Origin: Spirochaetia bacterium
Lineage (GTDB): Bacteria; Spirochaetota; Spirochaetia; DSM-16054; Sediminispirochaetaceae
Direction of reading: 5' to 3'
Assembly (NCBI GenBank): GCA_034520965.1
Contig: JAXHMY010000003.1
Coordinates: forward strand, 416,001-480,000
Length of the DNA stretch: 64,000 bases
Shown in pieces: positions 10,342-20,322 of the stretch (the stretch's first letter is position 1; every line of letters starts with the position of its first letter). The translations under genes and the position numbers were made by a program. A model generated the notes under the pieces. The model did not search any database. It was given only the letters and a program-made list of their open reading frames with translations, and was not told the origin of the DNA.

Positions 10342-10826
10342 TCGAAGAAAAGGCGGCGGTAGTTGAAGTTGGACAGGAGCAGGTGGTGTTCCAGGTGACC
10401 GGGGAAGAGGCCTGCGAAAGCTGTGATTTGTCGGAACAGTGCTACCGTGACGGCGGGCTGCTGCGCATTTCAAGGTCAGGTTTAGACGGCATACCTGCAG
10501 AAGAACTTACACCGGGCAGAACGGTTAAGCTGAAGATGGAGAACACCAGCCTGCTCGGCCTGACTGGAATTGTTTACGGAATCCCGCTGGCTTTGTTTGT
10601 GAGCGGGCTGCTTATAGGTAATTTCCTCCTGTTTCCCCAGGCGGCGGAAGCCGGGCGTGCCCTCGGCTCCTTTGCCACCGGGGTGATACTAGTTGCTGTA
10701 TCCTGGCTGCCGATCGTCCGCCTGGATAAAAAAACGGCCCGCCGCGTGCGCTACCGAACCGAGCCGCTTTCAGACACAGAGACCGAACATGACTACTATT
10801 ACCGAACCTACTCAGAGGACAAGTAA
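10338..10826 (+). CDS. rseC: RseC/MucC family protein
   Basis: CxxC...C, YGIPL then two TM helices; overlaps the rnfB stop. Confidence 0.8.
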   Translation: MIEEKAAVVEVGQEQVVFQVTGEEACESCDLSEQCYRDGGLLRISRSGLDGIPAEELTPGRTVKLKMENTSLLGLTGIVYGIPLALFVSGLLIGNFLLFPQAAEAGRALGSFATGVILVAVSWLPIVRLDKKTARRVRYRTEPLSDTETEHDYYYRTYSEDK

Positions 10827-10836
10827 TCTGTATTCT

Positions 10837-12024
10837 CTAAATAACTCCTAAATCCTTCCCCACCTTGGTAAATGCAGCAACCGCTTTGTCAATCTCTTCA
10901 CGGCTATGGGCGGCCGACAACTGCACCCGAATACGGGCCTTTCCCTTTGGTACTACCGGATACACAAACCCGATCACATAGATGCCCTCCTGCAGCAGGG
11001 CGTCGGACATAGAAAGGGCCAACTGCTCGTCGTACAGCATAACCGGTACAATAGCCGTCTCGCCGGGTACAATATCGAAGCCCGCGGTTCCCATTCTCCC
11101 TTTAAAATACTCGGCATTCTTCAGTACCAGTTCCGGCAGATCGGGGTTCTCCTCTACCAGTTCCAGAGCTTTAAGAGTGCCGCCGACTACCGCCGGGGCC
11201 AGGGTATTTGAAAAGAGGTAGGGCCGCGAGCGCTGCCGCAGCATCTCGATAATCTCCCGTCGACCGGAAGTACAGCCTCCTGAGGCACCGCCCAATGCTT
11301 TTCCAAAGGTGGTGGTAACAATATCTACCCTATCCTGTACACCGTAGTAAGCGGGGGTACCCCTTCCGCCGGGCCCTATATAGCCGGTGGCGTGGGAATC
11401 ATCCACCAGAACCAGTGCCTCGTAGCGGTCGGCTAAATCGCATATTTTATCGAGTTTTGCAATGTCCCCGTCCATGGAAAACACACCGTCGGTGCAAATT
11501 ATCTTCCGCGGGGCCGCCTCAGCCTCTTTAAGAGCCTGTTCCAGCTCCTGCATATCCGAGTGGGCGTATCTGAAGCGCTGCGATTTTGTGAGCCTCACCC
11601 CGTCAATGATCGAGGCATGGTTCAAGGCATCGGAGATAATCGCATCTTCCGGACCAATCAGCGGCTCGAACACCCCTCCATTGGCATCAAAACAGGCGGC
11701 ATACAGGATGCTGTCCTCAGTGCCCAGAAACTGGGAAACCCTCTGCTCTAAATCCTTATGAATTTGCTGGGTTCCGCATATAAAGCGCACCGATGAGAGG
11801 CCATACCCCCACTTCTCCATTGTCTCCTGGGCGGCCTTTATGATACCCGGATTGTTTGACAAGCCTAGATAGTTGTTTGCACAAAAGTTGATTACCCGTG
11901 TATCGCCACCAACCTCGATGGTACCGCTTTGCGGGGAAGTAAGAACTCTCTCGTTCTTGTAGAGTCCCTCACGTTTCAGTTTCTCAATTGCATCCTGTAA
12001 GTTATTTTTTATTTTCCCGTACAT
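10837..12024 (-). CDS. kbl: Glycine C-acetyltransferase (2-amino-3-ketobutyrate CoA ligase)
   Basis: NFCANNYLGL, NHASIIDG, DGVFSMDG, GKALGG, RQRSRPYLFSN. Confidence 0.96.
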   Translation of the reverse strand: MYGKIKNNLQDAIEKLKREGLYKNERVLTSPQSGTIEVGGDTRVINFCANNYLGLSNNPGIIKAAQETMEKWGYGLSSVRFICGTQQIHKDLEQRVSQFLGTEDSILYAACFDANGGVFEPLIGPEDAIISDALNHASIIDGVRLTKSQRFRYAHSDMQELEQALKEAEAAPRKIICTDGVFSMDGDIAKLDKICDLADRYEALVLVDDSHATGYIGPGGRGTPAYYGVQDRVDIVTTTFGKALGGASGGCTSGRREIIEMLRQRSRPYLFSNTLAPAVVGGTLKALELVEENPDLPELVLKNAEYFKGRMGTAGFDIVPGETAIVPVMLYDEQLALSMSDALLQEGIYVIGFVYPVVPKGKARIRVQLSAAHSREEIDKAVAAFTKVGKDLGVI

Positions 12025-12025
12025 C

Positions 12026-12979
12026 TCATCCCCCTTTTCGTTTTTCCAGCGTCCCCAGCATATCCTCGGTCATCATCTCCAAATCAAAGTCCGGGGCCCA
12101 GCCCCACTCTACCCTGGCCGCATAATCTTCCAAACTGTTAGGCCAGGAGTTTGCAAGAGCTTGTCGCACTGGGTCAATGTCGTAAGAAATTTCAAAGTTC
12201 GGAATATGCTTACGGATATAGGCAGCCTGATCTTCCGGACAAAAACTCATGGCTGTCACATTAAATGCATTCCGGTGGCGCAGTGCGGCCGGATCCGCCT
12301 CCATAATATCGATGGCCGCCTTAAGGGCATCCGGCATATACATCATATCCAGGTAGGTATCGCCCTTCAGAAAACAAGTATAGTGGCCCTTTTCGACTGC
12401 CCCATAGTAAATATCCACTGCATAGTCGGTAGTCCCCCCGCCGGGAGGAGTTTTGTTCGAAATAAGTCCGGGATACCGCACTCCGCGGGTGTCCACTCCA
12501 AACTTGTGGTAATAATAATCGCACAGCAGTTCTCCGGCCACCTTGGTTACCCCATACATCGAACTGGGACGTTGTGGGGAATCCTGGGGGGTATGGTCTT
12601 TTATGGTGGTTGGTCCGAAGGAGCCGATTGAACTGGGAGTAAACACGGAGCACTTTTTCTCGCGGGCAACTTCGAGCACCGTATAGAGACCGTTAATGTT
12701 AATGTCCCATCCCATCTGCGGCTTGTGCTCGGCGGTAGCCGAGAGCAGCGCTGCTAGATGATATATCGTATCAATTCTGCGTTTTCCAACCAGTTCCGAC
12801 AAGGCCTTGCCATTCCGGCAATCCAGAATTTCAAAGGGGCCGTTTTCAATAACTTCCAGGTTTACATCATCGCGAATATCCGTGGCCAGCACATTGTCCC
12901 GACCATAACGCTGTCTGAGCAAGACGGTAAGTTCAGAACCGATCTGGCCTAATGCACCGGTCACTAAAATCTGTTTCAC
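12026..12979 (-). CDS. tdh: L-threonine 3-dehydrogenase, SDR/GalE-like type
   Basis: TGALGQIG, YGVTK, PGGGTTDYAV; directly upstream of kbl. Confidence 0.9.
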   Translation of the reverse strand: MKQILVTGALGQIGSELTVLLRQRYGRDNVLATDIRDDVNLEVIENGPFEILDCRNGKALSELVGKRRIDTIYHLAALLSATAEHKPQMGWDININGLYTVLEVAREKKCSVFTPSSIGSFGPTTIKDHTPQDSPQRPSSMYGVTKVAGELLCDYYYHKFGVDTRGVRYPGLISNKTPPGGGTTDYAVDIYYGAVEKGHYTCFLKGDTYLDMMYMPDALKAAIDIMEADPAALRHRNAFNVTAMSFCPEDQAAYIRKHIPNFEISYDIDPVRQALANSWPNSLEDYAARVEWGWAPDFDLEMMTEDMLGTLEKRKGG

Positions 12980-13554
12980 TACTCTCCTCCCTCTTTGAAA
13001 CGAACCACCATATTGATGCGAGCCGTCTCTTCTCCAATATTTTCAATACAATGCTCTATATCCGCATGGTAGCGAATAAAATCGTCCGGCTCCAATCGGG
13101 CTTCGTTCTCCCCCGCTTGAACGCTGATACTCCCCTGCACAACGGTTAGGAATTCTTCAGTTTTTGTGGGATGGGGCTGCGACAGGAGCCTCTGTCCAGG
13201 CTTAAAGGTGAGCGTGTACACCTCCAGATCTTCAGCCATACTAAGAGGACTGAAAACCCGAATGTGGACTCCCTCCTCCTCAGTATCAAATCGGGTAATT
13301 TCATCCTTTCGGCTGACGTCAAACATCGGTCGCTGTTTTTCTAACCCGGAAAGCAGAGACTGAATATCTATCTCAAGGCCTTCGGCGATTTTCCATAAAG
13401 TGGCGATGGTAGGATTGACCTTGTCAGCTTCAATCTGGGAGAGGGTGGCCGCTGAAACCCCGCTTTTCTGTGAAAGCGCGCTTAAAGTAAGCTTATGGGC
13501 CTTACGCATTTTCTGGATACTGCTGCCGATACTTGGATGGGAATTGTTCTGCAT
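12979..13554 (-). CDS. XRE-family HTH plus cupin regulator, first gene of the tdh-kbl operon
   Basis: HTH LSQIE..VNPTIATLWKIA; cupin HP...EEF...H. Confidence 0.9.
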   Translation of the reverse strand: MQNNSHPSIGSSIQKMRKAHKLTLSALSQKSGVSAATLSQIEADKVNPTIATLWKIAEGLEIDIQSLLSGLEKQRPMFDVSRKDEITRFDTEEEGVHIRVFSPLSMAEDLEVYTLTFKPGQRLLSQPHPTKTEEFLTVVQGSISVQAGENEARLEPDDFIRYHADIEHCIENIGEETARINMVVRFKEGGE

Positions 13555-13596
13555 ACGCCTCTCTTTTTTCAACCTTTTTTATTAAACTGATGATTT

Positions 13597-13638
13597 TTTA
13601 GCATAGTGAATATTATTACTAGTGTGTTCATCTGTCAA
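13597..13638 (-). promoter_or_regulatory. Sigma70 promoter plus candidate operator TTCACTATGCTAAA
   Basis: TTGACA-17-TAATAT on the minus strand; motif at 13597-13610. Confidence 0.55.
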
Positions 13639-13748
13639 GAATATTTATCTCCAAGCTGCTCTCTAACTGCTCTCTACCGTATATTCAAATTCAGCTTGAC
13701 ACGCGCGAATGGGGTACGACTCATTGAATGAAATCATAAGGAGAGGCT

Positions 13749-14318
13749 ATGGATAAAAAAACTCCGCTTCATATCGGTAAAAATATCAAAAATATTCGTG
13801 AGAAACACCAGATTACCCAAAGCATTCTGGCCGAAAGATGCGGGGTGAGCAAAAACATGCTCATTCAGATAGAATCAGAGAAAGTAAACCCTACAATTGC
13901 CACGGTCTGGAAAATTGCTAAGGGTCTAGATGTCGACATCGATTCACTGTTGACCGGCCAGGAGCATCTTCAACGCAGCTTTCAGGTCAGCCGTGAGGAG
14001 TATATTACCCGCCTGGAGACCGAGGAGGAGGGAGTACATATCAGAGTCCTGAGTCCGCTCTCTATGGCTGAGGACCTTGAGATGTATATTCTCACCTTTC
14101 AAGCCGGACAGTCCCTTCCTTCAAGCCCCCATGCCGCCCGCACTAAGGAGTTTCTCACCGTTTTAAAAGGAGCAATCAAAGTTTCAGCCGGCACAAACGT
14201 AGCAGAACTATCTAAGGGAGATTTTATCCAGTATCACGCCGATATTGAGCATACCATCGAAAACATCTACGACGGTGAGTCTGAAATCTATATGATAGTT
14301 CGCTTTCAGAGCGAATAA
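13749..14318 (+). CDS. XRE-family HTH plus cupin regulator, paralogue of the divergent gene
   Basis: Near-identical blocks, e.g. EEEGVHIRV.SPLSMAEDLE. Confidence 0.9.
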   Translation: MDKKTPLHIGKNIKNIREKHQITQSILAERCGVSKNMLIQIESEKVNPTIATVWKIAKGLDVDIDSLLTGQEHLQRSFQVSREEYITRLETEEEGVHIRVLSPLSMAEDLEMYILTFQAGQSLPSSPHAARTKEFLTVLKGAIKVSAGTNVAELSKGDFIQYHADIEHTIENIYDGESEIYMIVRFQSE

Positions 14319-14357
14319 CACCTCTAATCGCCAGTACAGCTTACATGTACAGCTGCT

Positions 14358-16378
14358 TTATACCAGATTGCGGGGTATTCGGCTGTCCCAACTGCGGCTG
14401 AATACCCGGCTCGGACCCTCATATGCATCCAGGTCGGCCCGGATGCGGAACTCGGTTTCATTAGAGGTGAGCAGGGTGCGGGTAACCGTCCGGATTTCCC
14501 AGTCCTCCCTCTTGAACTTCCGCTCCCAGCGCGTCTCACCTGAGAGAGAGTTGTATTCATCGTTAGTGAAGCTGTAGGACTCCCGAGTCCGAGAACTGAT
14601 CTCTAAATTGATTTCATCGTAGCGGGTTGTGCCCGTATCAAGGAGAACCTCCAGGGTTGAAATATCCTTCCCAAGCTCTTTAATAACCTTCCAGGACTCC
14701 TCCCCCGGCCGAATCAAGGTAATTGGTAAAGGAGCAGCTCCTTCCGGTTCATCGAAGGGACGCAAGGCTGCATCTTCAGCACGCGGAGGCCGAAGGGGAA
14801 GCAGGAAAGAACTACAACCGGCGTATACAGTAAGCTGCACCGGCTCGGGAGACGGCCATGCCAGGGGCCAATAGCTAGTAGAAAGGGATAATCGCAGGCG
14901 GTGCCCCTTGGGAAACCGCTGGGCGACACCATTGAGCACAACCTTTGCCGTATAGCGTTTTCCCGGCACGAGGGGCTGGGGGTTCTCATGGCTCTCCCGG
15001 TGGGTAAGGTTCAACAGCCCGTAGGTAACCCGAGTAGCCTTATCATCCGGGGCTACATCGGACAACCGCGCGGCCACCATGGCCACCGGACGGTTAGACG
15101 ACAGCTCCAGCTCCACTATCGGGGAACCGAAAATTTCCAGATCCTCCTCAAGCGCCTTGCTTTCAAACACCAGCGCACCGCCGTCCTCCTGGCGCTGATC
15201 ATGGGGAAGATCAGGTGGAGCCTGATAGCTGCACCATTTTCCGGCAAACAGCCCCACCGACAGGGGCGATTGAATTGTCAGCGGTTTTTCGGGAACTCCT
15301 TCCGTCGTCGCCGCTAACCGGCCTTGATCAAGAATAAAGCTTTGATCGAGAATGTTCTTGCTCGGCCAGCTGTCTTCGGCGATCCAGCGGCCGGGTCGCT
15401 CCCGGTAACTGGTAGTTGGAGGTACGCTGTCCTGCATCCACACTCTAAACATAGGTTCATTTTCGATCCCGTTTTCCTCGTCCTTCAACCAGCGATCCCA
15501 CCACCTGCGAATCTCCTGCAGAAAGCCAATCGCCGGTCCGGGAACTCCTTCGTGGGGATACTTATGACTCCAGGGACCAATCAAACCCTTGCGCGGAACC
15601 GAAAGGTGTGACATCAGCCGAAACACGGTATTGGAGTAGCCGTCCGCCCAGCCGCTTACCGCCATTACCGGACACTTGATGGCCGTATAGTCTTCACACA
15701 CCGAACCATGCTTCCAGTACTCGTCCCTGTGCTGCCGGCGCATCCACTTTTCAAGCCACAGACCGCTCTCTTCCAGCCGCTGCATCCACATTTTCCGCCA
15801 TTTGTCCCCTACCAACAGGGGATCCGGGGGATGGGTATTTTGATCAAACATAGTCGAGGCCCAGGAGAGGTTGTCCCCGAGCAGGCAGCCGCCCATATAA
15901 TGCACATCATCGGTATAGCGATCGTCGGTAGAGCAGATACTTACCACTGCCTTCAGAGGCTCCGGCTGCAAAGCTGCTAACTGCAGTCCGTTAAAACCGC
16001 CCCAGGATATCCCAATCATTCCTACCGCTCCACTACACCATTTCTGCCGAGCCAGCCAGTTAATGACCTCTACCCCGTCGTCCAACTCCTGCTGCAGGTA
16101 TTCATCGGTTAATATCCCCTCCGATTCGCCGCTGCCCCGCAGATCAACACGCACTGATGCATACCCGTACCCGGCGATGTATGGATGGTGGCGCACATCC
16201 CGCTCTGCTGTGAGATCGCGCTTACGGTAGGGAATATACTCGAGAATGGCCGGCACCGGCTCTGATTCGGCATCTTCGGGAAGCCACATTCTAGCTGCCA
16301 ACTGGGTTCCGTCGCTCATTCTGATGCTAAAATGCTCAATCTCATGTACCTTCCGGGGAATTCATTCCTTGTTTTCAC
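14358..16378 (-). CDS. CocE/NonD (peptidase S15-like) serine hydrolase
   Basis: PYRK, DLRGSGESEG, GISWGG, GPWSH; likely GTG start at 16378 (MKTRNEFPRKV...) with a C-run indel near 16355. Confidence 0.9.
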
Positions 16379-17687
16379 GGGACTCTCCTGTTTCAATAGG
16401 CTCTATTTCAAATGTCAGCATCTCCTGGCAGCGGATATATTTATCTAGAAGATCCTTCTGATCCTCTCCGCCTATAAACAAGTAACAGACGGCATAACTG
16501 TAACTGTCCTGCTCTAACAACTCATCCAACCGCATGCCGGGACTTACCTGCGGCCGTATTACCGTACCGGGGATCTCACGCTCAACACGCTTTATCTCCT
16601 CGTCTGTAGGTACGGATTTTACAACCCCATTCTCAAATACTCGCCAGAAGAACTTAGCTGCCCGCGGAAATTCTCCCTTCTGATAAGGAAACTCCGGATC
16701 CCGGCCTAGGGCAACATCTACGGTAATGGCCTGATTTGAAGCCCCGTCGACTTTTTCAAAAATATCGGAGTGGGATTCACTTACTCTGGTGTTGATCTCT
16801 AACAGCCAAATTTTATCTCTTCCCCGATCCCAATAATATTCAATGTTAAAGGCGCTGTTGTCAAAACCGATCGAAGATAAAATTTTCTCGGTAATGCGGA
16901 TCATCCGCTCCTGGATTTTATACGGAAGGCTGGAGGGATATTCATAACGAAAAAAACTTATTCCGTTCTCATACCTGATCGAGTCTACTATTCCGGTGCT
17001 CTCTATCCAACCGTTAAGGACATAGCCTTCCAGGGTGCATTGCCGGCCGCCGATAATACCTTCGGCCATGCAGTAGTGTGGTTGCACCCAGGCTACCTCC
17101 GCCGGCAGCTCAAGCTGCTCCAGGATATAACCAAAGGGGTCACTGATAAGTCCTATCTGCTCACGGATCAGCGGTACAGCTTCTAGAAACTCATTCTCAT
17201 TCTCGATTCTAAAGCCCAGAAAAGAGCCGGAAGATTTAATCGGTTTTATCCAGAAGGGGTAATCAAGCTGTATTTTGTCTAAAGCATTATCATCAAAGGG
17301 ATCAAATGCTGCGAAGGCTGGTATGTGTTCCGCAATACTCTTCTGCTGTTCCAGGCGGCTCCAGTACTTGTGTTCACACTTCATCAAGGATTCAAGACTC
17401 GGCGAACGTGTTCCAAACTCTCGGCAGATTAATGGCAGCATGGTGCTTACCGGAAAATCGTTATAGCCGCAAATAGCATCTACCGACTGGTTGGTCCTTT
17501 TCTGAAACTCCCGGATCTGCTCAATACTGCGGCGAATCATGTCTGCTATAGGAAAGTCGTAGGTCTCAAACAGATCCGCATGACTTAGTAAACCGTTAAA
17601 AATGTACTCCGAAGCATGCGGGGTTCTTTCCAATAAACGGCGGTTTGCATCATCTAAACCGACAACGAATACGTTTTTGTTTATCAT
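16362..17687 (-). CDS. ATP-grasp ligase of unknown specificity
   Basis: PFWIKPIKS, NIEYYW, LLEINTR. Confidence 0.85.
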   Translation of the reverse strand: MINKNVFVVGLDDANRRLLERTPHASEYIFNGLLSHADLFETYDFPIADMIRRSIEQIREFQKRTNQSVDAICGYNDFPVSTMLPLICREFGTRSPSLESLMKCEHKYWSRLEQQKSIAEHIPAFAAFDPFDDNALDKIQLDYPFWIKPIKSSGSFLGFRIENENEFLEAVPLIREQIGLISDPFGYILEQLELPAEVAWVQPHYCMAEGIIGGRQCTLEGYVLNGWIESTGIVDSIRYENGISFFRYEYPSSLPYKIQERMIRITEKILSSIGFDNSAFNIEYYWDRGRDKIWLLEINTRVSESHSDIFEKVDGASNQAITVDVALGRDPEFPYQKGEFPRAAKFFWRVFENGVVKSVPTDEEIKRVEREIPGTVIRPQVSPGMRLDELLEQDSYSYAVCYLFIGGEDQKDLLDKYIRCQEMLTFEIEPIETGESRENKE

Positions 17688-17945
17688 ACTCCAATTTCTC
17701 CTTCTTTCTTACTTCCTCTAGTATATATGAAGACTTTAAATTAGAAATGTCAATAAATTAAACAGAAATGAGCGCCTGCACACTGAAAATCTGAATACAT
17801 TCAGTACAAGGAACCAGATATCCCCCGGCTCAGCCGGCCTAACGGGTTGAAGAAACTAATATATCTGGTTAAATTTGAGTTACAGGTTTTGTATGTGTAC
17901 TTTTATATAAACCTGTTGTCTGTAACTATTTTAAGGAGGTGTAGC

Positions 17946-18473
17946 ATGGCTACCCAAAATTCTCAAGATAAATCTCAGCAAGAGCACGCCGCACTTAGTA
18001 CCAAACAGACTATCGGCGCGGGTATCGGCATTTTGGTACTGCTGGGGCTGCTGTTCTTCGGAACATCCCAGAACGCTCCCGCCGGAGCGGAGCTTATTAC
18101 CGACGGCTCGAAACCGAATCAGAGTGTGTATCAAGAAGATGCATCGGATTTAAATTATGAAGATGCACTCTTAAGGAACTATGATCAAGGGGCACTGCTT
18201 GAATTGAACGGTAAAGTAAACCGAATTTTAGACAAACCCTTAAAGGGCCAGGTAAATGTGTTGATTGACCTCCCACAGGAAAGTGGAGGTGCAGAAAACA
18301 TGGAGTCAAAGCAAGTAATGCTGGTATATGTCGATAGTACCGCCCAGGTGGAAGAGAACCAAAGCGTACATCTGTTTGGGAGATATATCGGTACGTTAGA
18401 GTTTGAAACCTCTGTCGGAGGGGAACAAGAAGTACCCGCAATCCAGGTGGACTATCTGACCGAACAGAGTTAA
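17946..18473 (+). CDS. Membrane-anchored OB-fold protein, TcdC-like
   Basis: AAGGAGG SD; one TM; C-terminus G.V..I ... G...G...FE...GG...VPAI.V resembles the TcdC OB-fold (recalled). Confidence 0.6.
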   Translation: MATQNSQDKSQQEHAALSTKQTIGAGIGILVLLGLLFFGTSQNAPAGAELITDGSKPNQSVYQEDASDLNYEDALLRNYDQGALLELNGKVNRILDKPLKGQVNVLIDLPQESGGAENMESKQVMLVYVDSTAQVEENQSVHLFGRYIGTLEFETSVGGEQEVPAIQVDYLTEQS

Positions 18474-18497
18474 ATTGACCAAAACCCTAGGGCTCAC

Positions 18498-18536
18498 TGC
18501 CCCGGACCCTTATGCGGTTTCCGGGGCAATTTTTTT
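18498..18536 (+). terminator. Intrinsic terminator
   Basis: tgccccgga...tccggggca stem followed by a T7 run. Confidence 0.8.
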
Positions 18537-18546
18537 GAGATCAAAG

Positions 18547-19243
18547 CTATGAGAAAATCGAAGCAAGCGGCTGCGAGGGCTTGGTACGGCGGATGAATAG
18601 TGCAAACAGGCTCAACAGCCCCAGGCTGATCAACGCCAAGAGCAGTGCCAGCAGAGTTGCTTCCCATCGCGGCCGGACATAACCGCATCCCAAATGGCCA
18701 GAGAGACCGTCTGCGTTTTACCTGGAACACTTCCCGGATCATATCAGGAATTCCAAACTCCCCCATAGCCCGCAGAAATGCGAGTATGAAACCGGCGGAA
18801 AGGCCGGGTATAGATATTGGGAGAATAATTGCGGTAAGAAGAGTCCTTCTACCGGCCCCGTCTACCGCTGCTGCTTCGAACAAGTGTAGCTCGATGGATT
18901 CGAAGAAACTCTTTGCTGTTCGGTAGTATAACGGCAAACCGGCCAAAGCTGCGGCGGTAACCGCTGCCCCTCGGCTGAACAGAAAGGAGGTACCGGTTAT
19001 GGCGGACCATACGGACCCTCCGCTGCCGGAGTTTCCTAAAAACAGAATAAGCCCATAGCCGAGTACGGTTGGCGGAAGAAGCACGTGGACACTCAGGAGG
19101 TAATCGGCAATAGTGGCAGCAAGACTGCGTTTGCCTGCTAGCCACCACGCACAGAGCGTTCCAATGCCGGTGACCAAAAGAGTTGCAGTACATGCCACGC
19201 TCAGGCTTATTTGCAACGGAATCCACAGATCCGCAAATATCAT
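18547..19243 (-). CDS. modB: Molybdate ABC transporter permease, 3' indels
   Basis: LPPTVLGY, EAAAVDGA, RAMGEFG; hydrophobic C-terminus continues in another frame. Confidence 0.85.
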
Positions 19244-19253
19244 ATTCACTTGC

Positions 19254-20129
19254 TCACTCCCACTTTCATTTCTACCTTTGTAACAACCGAAAGAAAGCCG
19301 TTGCTTTTCAGAATTGTAGCTGCTGTATTCGATCGAGAAAGGTTGAAAAGTCCTGGGCTGCTGTTCGCTTTGAGTTGAGTTGTTCCTCAGAGAGGTGTTC
19401 TTCACTGCGAATGATCGCCGCCGGATATTCAATCGGCCTTTGATCGATAATCTTCCATTCCGCGGCAATACTCAGCTGCGGAACTAATCCGGCATCGGTC
19501 CGATAAAGAAAAGCAGCATCTACTTCTCCAGCCTCGAGCCAGGCTAGTGCCTGCCGCACGCTCCCGGCAAACACCAGTTTATCCTGCAATTGACTATAGA
19601 GTTGTTCGGACTTCAAAAGCTGTGCAGCGTAACGGCCGGCAGGCACATAGTCGGGATTACCCATACCTATCCTCTCGATATTGGACCAACGCAGATGCTG
19701 TAGCTTCGACCGTTTTCTCGTACGGTCATCTAAAGCAACCAGGTCTTTTTGGGCTATGTTTGCTGAATATACCAGCACCAGCGAGTTAGTACACAGCACT
19801 ATTGGGGCGTGCCCGTCGGTATGCCCGGATTCGAAGACTCTCTGCATGTGATATTGTGAAGCGGAAATAAATATATCTACCGGCGCTCCCCTAATTATTT
19901 GGCTTGCTATTGTTCCGGAAGCTGCCGTATGAATCTTTACCTGTATATCCGGATTCCTGGTCTCATAAGCTTCCGACAACTGGGTAACAGCCTCACTCAT
20001 ACTGGCAGCCGCCGAGACCTGCAAATTCTGCTTTCCTGATTCACAACTAACAAGAGTGAATGTAGTCAGCAAGAGTATGAACAGCAGAAAAAGTTGATTA
20101 TTATTGGAATAGTAAGCTTTCATCACCAT
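19254..20129 (-). CDS. modA: Molybdate ABC transporter substrate-binding lipoprotein, indel near 19335
   Basis: Lipobox LVSC, SAAASM, AASG, VPAGRYA, IEYP. Confidence 0.88.
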
Positions 20130-20322
20130 TATTTAGAACTCTGCATATAATGGAAATGTCGATCTATTAGCTATAATCTCCCACCTTTACTTTGAAGGGC
20201 AGGAAATTAGTTTTTCCGGGTTACCTTTGTGATAAAAATATGCTACATTAAGTGGGTACATATTTTTCACCAATAACTGCAATTAACTAAAAATATTCAT
20301 TTGTACGTAGAAGGGTTTCAGT

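Noticed and set aside
17791..17870. c-di-GMP-I or c-di-AMP riboswitch identity for the structured leader
   Set aside because: Only short fragments resemble the consensus; core motifs are missing, so it is kept as an unassigned structure.
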